Origin: Fonticula alba ATCC 38817
Taxonomy: Eukaryota > Protista > Nucleariida
Strand: one strand, 5' to 3'
Assembly: GCA_000388065.2 (NCBI GenBank)
Contig: KB932202.1
DNA: 32,831 nucleotides
Shown: in pieces, positions 12,171-23,298 of the stretch
Numbering within the stretch: position 1 is the first letter of the stretch
Layout of the letters: each line of letters starts with the position of its first letter
The notes under the pieces: generated by a model
Database searches by the model: none
Told to the model about the DNA's origin: nothing
The model's input: the letters and a program-made list of their open reading frames with translations, nothing else
Position numbers and translations under genes: made by a program

Positions 12171-12482
12171 GAACGTTTACCTCATCCCTGCCCCGCCCTC
12201 CTTTGACCTGAAGGCTGGGCGGCGGTCTTGGGTGTGTCTCCTCCTCCCTCCTTCTCCCCTTCCCTCCTGCCATCCCCCCTTCCCCTTTTTCGGTACGATC
12301 TGTCCTCCTCCCTTCTTGCCTTGTCCCCAGCCGGCGTCCTGCCTCCGCCTCCCCCTTCTGCTCGTCCAATCTAACCGTTGAGTGGTTGGTCCCTCTTTCC
12401 TCCCTCCCTCCTCGACCGTTTGGCCCGGCAGCTTGTTGCCTTTCGCCGTCGTCCCTTGTCGATTGCCATCGCCAGCCGCTCC

Positions 12483-15400
12483 ATGTCCACAGCACGGCCA
12501 GCAGGCATCCCGGCTCCTACATCGGAGCCCGTGGCCTCCGCGTCGGGGCAGCTCCCGCCCGCCGAGCAGGCTGCTGGCGATGAACACCTGCCCATCTTCG
12601 ATGGGCGACCCATTCGCCCGATCCCTCTGGTCACATTCACCAGTCCAGCCACCGGCCAAGAGACGACCCTCCTCCGGGGCATCCCGGCCGATGGGGGAGC
12701 CATCCAAACTGTGGTCAGCCCCGGCCGGCATGCCCGCTACATCATGGAAAGCCCGGCTCAGATACAGCGCGCCCAATTTGGCCTCGAGGCGCGAGTGGCC
12801 CTTGCTACGACCGCCATGACTTCCGCCATCCCCGATGCCGAGCAGTCCGCCTTTGGACCACGGCGGTCGTCACCTCCCAACACCCTGGAGGACCTCCATC
12901 CGATCGCTGTGGCCCGGTCTTTTGACACATACAGCTCCCCGCCGACGGTCTTTCTCAACCCCGATCGTGGGCGTGACCGGCAACGCGCGCCGTCCCTCGA
13001 CAGTGCTCCCCCCTCGGCCGTGCTGTCCCCCCCGCCTTCCGGGTCTTCCGGGTCTTCCGGGTCTTCCGGTTCGTCTGGCTCGGACGTGGGAGTCGACTCC
13101 GAGTCTGAAGCCTTCTCTGTATCATCGACCTCGTCAGCTCCCAATACCTCGGCTGATAGCCAGGCCATTGAGCAGGCAATCAGCTCGGCCATGCAGCTGC
13201 CACCCTTCATCTCGCCGGTCATCATGTTCCCCATTCCGGCCCTGATGCAGCCGCCAAAGCCCGTCCCCGCGCCAGGTGCATATACATCTCCCCCTCTTTC
13301 CTCCCTCTCTTCCCTCTCTTCCCTCTCTTCCCTCTCTTCCATTTCTCACAAACGGCCACGCCCACACACCTACTCGCTTCCCTAGATCTGGCGCCCACGC
13401 CAGCCCACCCGCCGGCCATGATATCGGCTCCCCTTTCTGCTGGGCGTACCAACAATCTCCCTCCACGTAGGCCCTCCTATCAATTGGACTCCTGCAAGGC
13501 CTGCTACTGCCATATGTGCACCTGCAGCTGCCATCCCTCGGAGCACCAGCATCGGGCGGTGTCCGATGCTTTTGATGCCTTCCCTCGCCGGCCGCCTCCC
13601 TCGCCGGCCGCTCCCTGCTCTGTGGACCCTCCAGAAATCCCACCCTCTTCGACCAATCCCCATGGCAATGACAACGATCAGGATGCCGACAAGGACAGCC
13701 TCGTGGCTTCCCTGCGTGCTCATATCAAGGACCTAGAGGCCCGGCTGAAGCGGTCCGAGACCCAGCGGTTCTGGTTTCGCGAGGCCCTGGATCGCCTGCC
13801 GCTCGGAGTGCACATCATGCAGCGTCCCGACCCGGAGGACCGCTATGGCTGGGAGCTGGTGTACGCCAATCGCCAGGCTCGAGCCTTCAATGGCCTGGAG
13901 GAGTCCAGCTACGCCGACTATCGGCTGGCCGATGTGCATGGTGTTGCCGGGCTGGAGCCTTTCCTCAGCCTCTTCGAAAGGACCATCGCCACTCGGGCGC
14001 CGGTGCGCTTCAGTGATGCCTTCATCGAGAGCCGCGGCACCGAGGGTCGCTTTTATGCGGTCGATGTGACGGCTTTCGATGAGTGCACGCTCTTTTCGGT
14101 GCTTTCGGCCGAAAGCGAGCTGCACTTCCGCCGGACGGACTTCGAAAAGCGCATTGATCATGCCGAGCAGGTCCGCGCGCGTTTTCTTTCCCTCCTGAGC
14201 CACGAGCTCCGGACGCCTCTCAATGCCCTGCGCGGGGTATTGGACATCCTTCTGGATTCGATCCAGCGGCAGGGAGTGGCCGGGTCGGCCCCACTGCCAT
14301 CATCCCTCCCCGACCGTGGCAGTATGTTTTCCTCCTCTTGCGAATGGTCCTCCTCCGATGAGCGTGAGCCCCCGGCGGCCTCCTCCCTCTCTTCCTTCTC
14401 GCCTGCCTCGTCGTCGGGCAGCGATTCGGGCTCCGGCGTCGGCCATCTGGTTCGCAGCGGCTTCCAACGCCCGCCGCCGCTCGTCCATGGTCCGGCTTCT
14501 TCGCACCCGGCCCCGGGCCCACTCTCGCAGTATGTTCCTTCTTTCTCTCCCCTCCCTCCCCCCCTCTCTCTCTGCCTCTCCTTCCCGTTAAAGCACACAC
14601 TCCCTGGGCCCCTTTCCGTGTGTGACATACTCACATGTACTTGGCAACCAACTCCCCTCTCACTCCCGCTCTCCCACTCCCACTCCCGCTCTCCCACTCC
14701 CGCTCTCCCACTCCCGCTCTCCCACTCCCGCTCTCCCACTCCCGCTCTCCCACTCCCGCTCTCCCACTCCCGCTCTCCCACTCCCTCGCTCCCCCGACAC
14801 CGGACCATCTTTCCAGATCCAAGATCCGTTCGTACCTGGAGATGTGTCGCGAGAGTTGCCACAAGCTGTCAACCAGTTTTTCGCAGCTTCTGTCCCTGGC
14901 GGAGATTGAGTCTGGCGAGGGGGGCGAGACGCCTACCCTCCGCCCGGTGGCCATTCTCCAGCTGGCACACAATGCCCTCAGTGACGCCATGCACTCCGAG
15001 CGCGAGCGTCTTTCGCACTTGCTCCTTTCGCCGAATGACAGTCCCCTCGGGCTTTCCATCCTACCCTTCCTGCACCCGGAGACGCTGGCTCTCTCAGTGG
15101 CCGGGCGCCGGTCGGCCGAGGCCTGGCTTGCGCGTCTTGCCTCTCCCGAGGCTACGATGACCAACGGGCAAGACACGGCCACCCAGCGGCGCCAAATCAC
15201 GAAGGCCATCCTGCTCAGGCGTCTGCTTGAATATCTGTCCAGTCCGGCCCCCGGGACCGGGCTGCCTCTGCCTGGCCCGGCCCCAGTGTCGGTCTCGGTG
15301 GCAGCCTCGGCCGACTTTGCCTGCAGTGAGAGCCTGCCCGAGTCGGCCCTGCTGGCGTGCTTCGAGCCCTCGGCCGGCTCTGGGGCCACTCCCGGCCAGG

Positions 15401-18400
15401 CGTCCAGCGGTGATGGGCAGTCCACACTGCCCGGTGGCGATTCCACGGTCCCCTGTTTCGTTGTCGGTGGTCTGGTGTCCAAGCCGGTGTCCTTCGATCC
15501 GACAACGCACTCGGACCCGAATGTCACCACGTTAGATGGGCCGCTGGCTGGCACCGCCGGTCACGGGGCCGAAAACACCGAACGCCTGCTTTCGGCCCTG
15601 GTGGCTCTGTCAGGCATGGCCGTCGATGTTGACCTCTCCCTGGCCGCTTCTGCCCGGGCCATGGCGTCGGATGTGGTTCTCGGATCGCCTGGGCGTCTGT
15701 CACGGGCCCTTACCAACTTGGTGACCAATTCCCTGCACTACACCCGGTCCGGGACCATCTTGGTTCATGTGGACATCGAGCCGAATCTCTCCGCCGGCTG
15801 TGTGGCACCTCCCTCCCTGGCTGGAGCCCCGCCGGGGGATCTTTGCACCTTGAGCATCAAGGTCATGGATCGCGGCCGTGGTATCGCTGTCGGGGACATG
15901 TCCTCCATCCTTGTGCCCTTCTTCCGGGGCACCAATGCCCACTGTGCCAATGCCCACTTTGCTCCCTCCTCGGGGCCTGGGGAATTCGACGCAGCCACTT
16001 CCTCGGCCAGCCCCACGAGCGGGGCCAATTCCGCGCCGGCCGTCGACTCGTCGCGCTTCGGCGATCCGGCCTACATCGCCACCCTACCGGCACTTATGCA
16101 GCATCGCATCGCTACTCTGTCTCATACTACTGGGGCTGTTCTAGCCACCGCCGCTGAGGCCGTCCCCAAAGAGGAGATGGGCACGGTCTGCAGCAGCCCC
16201 ACGAACGACTGTCCGGAGTCCGTGGCCGCTGGCCCGGCCGATGGACAGATCGACGAGCCAGAGCCTCTCTTCCTTGGTGCCCCGCTGGCCGGGGATTTGC
16301 CGCTGGAGGAAACCTCCACCTCGGCGTCTCTCGTCAACTTGACCACCGGCCGGGTCCCGATCACGGGTGTCAACCCCCTCCGTCGGGGCGAGGTGCCCCC
16401 CTCGACCCCGGCCCCCGCCGGGACCGTGTCACCTTCGCCATCAAGCACGTCGGTTGCCTCTTCGATGTCCTCGACTTCCCGTCCTCCGGTGCTTCCCACT
16501 TGTGCCCCGGATTGCGAGGAGGCCGTGCCCCCGGAGGGCCCTCCGGTTATGCCGGCCTCCAGCCAGCCAAGTCCAACCTCCTCGTCGGTCCCGACCGGGC
16601 CTTCTCCCCTGCTGGCATCACTGGTTGGGGATTTCCCCTGTGTCCCTTCTTCCCGCGCCTCGACCCTCTGGCCGCGGGCACAGCAATTTGATCCCCAGGG
16701 CCAGCCTCTGCCAACGGCCTTCTCCCCGGCCGAGGACTTCACATCCAGCGATCTGGTCAAGCGGGCCCTCCTGCACTTGGATTACTACCGGTCGGCAGTC
16801 ACCGCCCTGGAGGGGACCTATCCTCCGGTGGATGGGCCTGGCCTGGGGCTAATCATTACCCGGGATCTATGCCACATGGCTGGCGGCTTGTTGGAGGTCC
16901 GCGCGGCCGAGGACTTTGGGGCCATTTTCCACTTGAAATGGCCCGTTGTCCGGACATCGGCGTCTGTTGGTGCTGTTGGTGCTGGTGCTGGTGCTGGTGC
17001 CGCTTCCTCGACCGCCTCTCCGGCCAACACGCCCACCATCCCGAAGATGGCCTCTGCCGCTTTGGGGGTCCCCATTGAGGCGATGAAGGGCCCGATGGAT
17101 TCCGGGCCTCCCACCGGGGCCAAGCCTCCTGTCGACATCACGATCCCCCCTGGTCCGGGTGTCGCTCCGAGCCAGGCTCCCAGCAGCGGCCTCCATCCCG
17201 GGCCCATGGGCCCGGTCCTTGCCACCACTCCTCTCGTGGACTCGGCCGACTCGTACTTCCTGTCGCCCCATGCGGCGCGGACGCTGCGCTCGGCCTTCTT
17301 ACACCTGGTGGACCGGCCATACTCCCGGCACAAGGCCGTCATCCGCATGTGGCTGGACCAAATGGCTGGCGGCGATGGCCATGTCACCGGGTCATACTAT
17401 GACCGGGCTGTCCCCATCAGCGTGCCGAACTTCTCCCGTTCCAAGCTGGGATTCCTGCAGGGGGCCCCGCCGATGGACATGTCTGCCCCCTTGAGTCGCG
17501 GTCCGGAGGTCCAATGTGCGCTGTCCCTCGCCGAGCTCCCCGAGCCGGGGCACATCTCGCCAACCGGCCGGCCGGAGCTGCTCTTGGTCAATGAGGCGGT
17601 GCTCTTTTCGCGACTCATGCCGCTGATCGATCCGCAGGCTCTTGCTTTGTTGGATTTGTCACCTGGCAGCGCGGCGGCTGACCGTGGAGATCGGGTGACC
17701 GTCGCCGCGGCCGCGGCCATTTCCCGCCAGCCCGAGACCGAAGCCCGGGCTGGGGAGGTGAGTGGCCGGTTCTCGGTGTCCGGCATTCGTCTTGTCGATG
17801 CCCCTATCCTGTCGGAGATGTTCCCCATTTCCGAGGAGCTTCTCCGGCGCCAGGGAGCCGAGTGCATGGGAGAAAGCCATGGCGACTGCCGTGGCACACC
17901 GGCCCCCGGGGCCGATGGGAGTGGCGAAAGCTCGCTTCCCGGCTGTTCGTGTGCTCATTGCCCGGTTTCGGCTCGCGTTCTCCGGCACAGCTGGAAGCAT
18001 GGCCATTGCCCTGTGGAGCCGCTTTCGCCGACGGATGTGTTGCTGGGACTGCTGCGTGTCGATCGGCCGTCTGTCCTGCTGATTGACACTCACCGGGTGC
18101 CCTTCTGGCGACGTCTGTCTTCTTGGATTGAGGACCTTTCGCTGGGGGATTCCCCCCCCTCGGAGTCGCCCTTCCGACGGATTGCCGTCATTTGCAAGCC
18201 CATCTCCCCGGTGAACTTGGTGCCGGCCATGGAATTCATCCTTGGCGATCCGATGTTTGAACAGCATCCGACCAGCGCATCGGCCCTTGCTGCTGACACC
18301 ACTCCGGCCATCCCCCTGAAGCTCTTCCTCCAGGAGAATCTCCCGGCCATCGGGGCGTCTCCCGGCGGTGGGAGCCCGTCCGGGGGGTTGGCCATCGCCG

Positions 18401-19974
18401 CGCACCATCCCGCACAAACTCTCCCCCTGTCGCCGGTCGGTGTTGGCGTACTCCGTATGGCTTCCTCCTTCTCGTCTTCCTTCGAGTCTGCATCCAGTGG
18501 AGCCGAGCTCGAGGCCGATCTCGACCCGTCGATTTCCATGGTCCCGGGAATGCCGGCCCCGGGGTTGTGCCTGTTGGATGAGCTCGTCGTGCCAGCTCCC
18601 ACTCCTTGTCCCCTGGCGCTTGCTCGCCCGCCGCCCGTGCTTCCTCCTCCCCTCCTGACGGGGCCCATTCCTCCGCATGACGACTCCAATTGCCGGCACT
18701 GTGCCGGCCTCGGCGAGGGGGTCACCTCGCGACCGTGTCCCCATTCTTCGCTGCCGGTTGCCGGCGCCTCGGCATTGGTGGCGGATGGGTCTACATCGCC
18801 CACATCGCCGCGAGGGTGTGTTGCCGGCGCCCCGATCGTGCCGGCGACCACGAGCACCACCGCTCTCGCTGTGGTTGCCCCACCCCCGAGGCCGACGATC
18901 ATGTTCAGCCCGCCGCCAGTGCGCCTGGCAGACCGGCCCCCTCCGCGAGATGACGGGCCACTGGTTCTCTGTGTCGATGACAACAATCTCAACATGCTGG
19001 TCCTCCAGCGACTGGTCCAATCGGCTGGCTGCCGGACCGTCTCGGCGCGCAGTGGATTTGATGCCATTCGTGCGTGCCTGCAGCATTCCTTCGCCATTAT
19101 CCTCATGGACTTGGCCATGCCGGAGATCGATGGCTACGACACGTCGCTGCTGATCCGCGACTTGCATGGGCGCCTTCGCCCGGGTCCGGTTTCAGCCATC
19201 GGTCCAGATCCGGGACCTGGGGCCGGTGGCGCTGGGGCTGGGGCTGGTGCTTCCGGCACGTCGTCTCTGTCATCCAGCTGCAGCTCGGACATCGGGTCCT
19301 CGCTTGAGGATGAATGTAGCGATGAGGGCGAATGGTTTTCCACCATGCCGACTGGCATCATGGAGAAGGGCGCACTTCGCCGGTCGTCCGGCATTTTGGC
19401 TTCCCTCCAGCAGTCCGGGCGACCGGTCTCGACGGAGGCCGAAGCTGCTGGCTTCGGGCCGCAAATTCCCCTTCCCCTGGCCCCGGAGGCCGGTCCCGCT
19501 AGCAGTGCCCTGCCAGGTGCCCTGACGTCAGTGGGCATGTCTTCCGGCTCGCCGACTCCGACCACGGCCGCCATCAACCACCCCGGCCCCGAGGCTCACA
19601 CCTCCCCGACGGGAATGAGTAGCACGAGCAGCGGCCTGGCCCTGCTGCCCGCTTCTCCATCCCGCCTGGCTGCCTTCGATCAGCGTGTCTGGGCCATCAT
19701 CCAACGAGAGCGCGCCGAGGCCGGGCTTCGGTCCTCTCCCCTCCAGGTGGCGGCATTTGAGCCGGTCACCCAGCCACCCTGCCCCGATCAGCAGCTGCTG
19801 GCACATTTGCGCCACAATTCCACCACACCCATTATCGCTGTCTCAGCCAACACCACGACCGCCGACCGGCGGCGGGCCTTTGAGTCAGGCATGAAGTCCT
19901 TCATCGGAAAGCCCATTGCTCGGGCGTGTTTGCTCGATATCCTCCAGAAGTACGCCGGCTGGCCCGGCCAGTGA
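12483..19974 (+). CDS. Hybrid sensor histidine kinase (PAS-like - HisKA - HATPase_c - receiver), ~2364 aa, 3 exons
   Basis: join(12483..13275,13386..14529,14817..19974) = 7095 nt, GT-AG, phases match. H box RARFLSLLSHELRTPLNAL (His codon 14201); N box LTNLVTNSLHYT (~15710); G1/F box VMDRGRGI...ILVPFFR (~15865); G2 box GPGLGLIITRDL (~16835). Receiver: LCVDDNNLN (18976), IILMDLAMPEIDG (Asp codon 19108), PIIAVSAN, FIGKPI (Lys codon 19909). PAS-like segment LDRLPLGVHIM...LVYANRQARAFNG (~13790-14110). Confidence 0.93.
14661..14785. repeat. 14-bp minisatellite (CACTCCCGCTCTCC)n, ~8-9 units, in intron 2 of the kinase
   Basis: Visible directly. It lies between the donor at 14530 and the acceptor at 14816. 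Confidence 0.9.
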
Positions 19975-20448
19975 GGCACGAGTGTGGACCCGAGCCTGTG
20001 TGCAGTCCACCCCCTCTCCTTCTCTCTCCTCCCTTGTATTTGTCACTTTCGCGCCTTGTGTGCTCCCCTCTTCGACTCCCCTGCCCCCCTCCCCTGTCCT
20101 TGTTCCTTGTATACTTTTATCCCCCCCCCCCCCCCCCCCCCCCATCCCCGACTATACTCTCAATGATCCTTGCATTTCACCTCCCCTTGTGGCCTTGCTT
20201 TGAGCCCTATCCCCCGTGCGCCGGGCTGTGGCTTGGCCCGAAAGTGTATGGCTGTTTCCTTTTCCCGGCCCTGTGCCTATCGCGCCCCCTCCATCGCTCC
20301 CCGCCCCCCCCCCTCCCCTTTCTCGGGCTGAAGCCATCATTCATTTCACACCAAGGCCCGAAGAAAGACCGTGTATTTTTGACGGCTGGGCCCAAACAAG
20401 AGCAGAGACCCAGGCACATCGATGGGGATGGCCGCCAAGCGCCACCAC

Positions 20449-21600
20449 TCACACGGCGGCACAGGTCTCCGTGGTGACACTGTAACGCAGGCGACATGTG
20501 AGGCTGTTGCGGCAGCTGTCATTGCACACGCTGCCAAGGGCATTCTGCCGGCGGTACTGGTGGTAGAATCGCTCGAAGAGATCATCACCCTCGGGGTCGC
20601 CAATCCGAGCCATGCGCCGTGCCAGGGCATCCAACTGGACGGCTGACACATCACGCAGGCCATAGTGAGCCCGAGCATCGGGCCCGGCGATCCAGTGAAG
20701 ATCCCCAGGGAAGACAGGGGTCTGATCCAGGGGCAAATTCAGGGCCTCAGCCCGAGCAGCCACCACGGCATTGCCCTGGGCAATGTCAGCATAGTGCACC
20801 TGGAAGTTGACCACCTTCCGGGTGTCCCAGTCCACATCGTATACCCGGAAGGAGGGCATGCCATCGAGCGGGGCACCGGAAGGGGCGATGAACCCGACGA
20901 CGGCCGGCTCGCGCGGCAGGTGGCTGTCATCCCAAGGACGAGAGGGATCCACCCCGCTCGGGGGGTTGCTGCCTTCGGCCGTGCCACCCCGGTAATACAC
21001 CTCAAAGAAGTCATGATGCGTGTGCCCCGAGAAGACACCGGCCACCACACCCTCAAAGCGAATGAGAATGTCACGGAATGCCTGAGACCAATTGGGATGG
21101 CAGCCCGAGCCGTTGGGGATATGGCGGAGGATGAAAACACGCTGCCCGCGGCGCTCGGCGGCCCCAAGCTCGCGAGCCAGCCACCCGAGCATCTCGTCGG
21201 GATCCGGGAACTCCTCGCGGCAGCACTCCGCTCCGGGGGTGTCATCCTTCATGCGCAGCCAGAGGTTGTGCGTGGCGCACACCTCATCATTCAGGGACAG
21301 CACCAGGGTCTTGGAGTCGAGCTCATGCAGGAAGGAGCCCCCATGGCGGAGCTGCTCCTGGGCCCGGGGACCGAGCCACCGACTCCACTGCTGTGCCAGC
21401 TCCTGATACAGCCAGCTGATGCTGAACTCCGACTCTGTTCCCGGTTGAAGCCGCGGGAGAGGGGAAAGGCCGAAAGGGGGAAGAGCAACAGGATATCAGC
21501 ATGGGGCGGTGGGGTGATTGTGGCGAGAAGCCCTGGAGATGATGTGACAGAAGCGACAGAAGCGACAGAAGCGACAGAAGCGACGGAAGCGACAGAAGCG

Positions 21601-21631
<31 letters not shown>

Positions 21632-21871
21632 GCAAACGCACTCTGGTACGACACCGGGGGGAAAAGATCGGCCGGGACACTCTCATGGTTGCCGATGGCG
21701 CCGAGAACCGTGACATTCGGGAGGATGGTGTGGAACAGCTCGGCCATGTTGTCCATGAGGGTCAGGTAGGCCTGTTTCTCACTTGCCCAGACATCATGCG
21801 GTGGGATGTCACCGGTCCAGAAGATGGTGTCCACATCGGAGAACTCATCCTACGCGTGTCCGCGTATACAC

Positions 21872-21911
<40 letters not shown>

Positions 21912-23298
21912 TTGTTTCAAGGTAGACGTTGTATGGTGAGTATGGCAAAGGATGTCGACGAAGGGCAAGGGAAATGGGCGAGAGGAAGGCACATGGCCCG
22001 GGCAGGGTCACACGCACACGAATGTACTCCAGCATGCTCTCCATCAGGAGCATTGGCGCGTCACAGTTGTAGTCGCCAAAAGGCCCAGCCGGGCGAGACA
22101 GAGGGGTGCCATCATCCGGGCGGGGCCGACAGCAAATGGGGTCCGGGCAATCGGCCTCCAGACCGGTGGCATACAAGTGATCCTGTGGCCCGATGGATTA
22201 AAGGATGGGCGGCGATGGATGATCGGCATTAGCGCTGCGAGTTGACAAAAGACCGGAGCACGGAGAACCCGACCCCAGCGACCGCGCCATCGGGGAATAC
22301 GTACAATATGCAGGTCGGTCAGGTGGAGAATGCGCTTGATATTCCCCCGAGGATTGGGCGGGGTGTAGTCCACCGGCGGCTTGTCCATCGGCAGGGTAAT
22401 GTTCAAGCTGGGACTCATGACCGGCTCGCACAGGGCAAGGCGAGCGCAGCGCTCGGCCGGCTCGAAGACGGTGTGGCCGATGATTTCAATGGCGGCCTAC
22501 ACACGGGCAAGCGTGCCGAAGAGCAGGTGAGTGGGCAGGCTTCGTTCGAGCCGCAAGGCGATGGCCCAAATGCACCGGAGGGAGAGGGGGAACACAAAGA
22601 AGGGCGACTGGCAGGGGGGGGGGGGGGGGGGGGGGCAAACACACCGGTGAGAAGAGCTCCACCGCGCCAGCACACACATGCGGCGGGTAGATCTTCAGCT
22701 TGAGGCACACCTCATACGCCATCTCGCGCATGAAGTCTCCCACCTCCGGGGTGAAGTAGGCCTCCTGCAGGGCGCGGGATTTGGCCTGGCATTGGAGACA
22801 GGTCTCACCACCCCGGCCCGGGGCCCGGACGGCCAGAGGCGCCGGGTTGGCCAAGGGGGCCGCCTCGAAGAGCTCGTGCATCACAAACTCCGGCAGGTAA
22901 TTAGCGTGGCGATGGAAGCGGCGGATATCAACTGCGAGGGCGCGTCCCGGAGGGGATGGATTAGAAACAACCTCTCCAACGAGGCATGCATGGATGTTTG
23001 TGTGTTGATATGCCGGGAGAGGCGCAGGACCCCACGCACTGTCGGGAGTGTGGCTGCCAGGAAGATCGAGCGTCTCTCCGGCACTGCGAGAGGCCATCCA
23101 GCGCTCGGCAATGTCGGTGAGCCAGTGCTGAATTTCCGAGCGCGAGAAGGTCCCCTGAATGAGGTCATCCTCAGGGATGATGGGAGTCGAAGCACTGCGC
23201 GCGAGAGGGACAGCAGCCGAGGCACTGGCCACCGTGAGGACGGCAAACAGTGCCGCGGCCACAAGGGCCAGGCACGTCCTCAGTCGGATGAGGCCCAT
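20449..23298 (-). CDS. SMPD1: Acid sphingomyelinase (SMPD1-type metallophosphoesterase) with signal peptide and saposin B domain, ~734 aa, 5 exons
   Basis: complement(join(20449..21434,21642..21849,22018..22182,22305..22496,22645..23298)) = 2205 nt, in frame. Signal peptide MGLIRLRTCLALVAAALFAVLTVASASA; six saposin cysteines; catalytic motifs ILHLTDLHI, CPDPICCR, GPFGDYNCDAP, IFWTGDIPPHD, GNHES, RHIP, FSGHTHHD, PSFRVY. Confidence 0.92.
21546..21599. repeat. 9-bp tandem repeat (GACAGAAGC)x6 in an intron of the sphingomyelinase gene, followed by (TG)n
   Basis: Visible directly. Confidence 0.9.

Noticed and set aside
14635-14816. PALPLPLSHSRS repeat at the start of the 1779-aa ORF taken as protein sequence
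   Set aside because: It is the intronic 14-bp minisatellite; splicing 14529 to 14817 restores the second HisKA helix.
17659-19167. 502-aa minus-strand ORF
   Set aside because: Antisense shadow of kinase exon 3.
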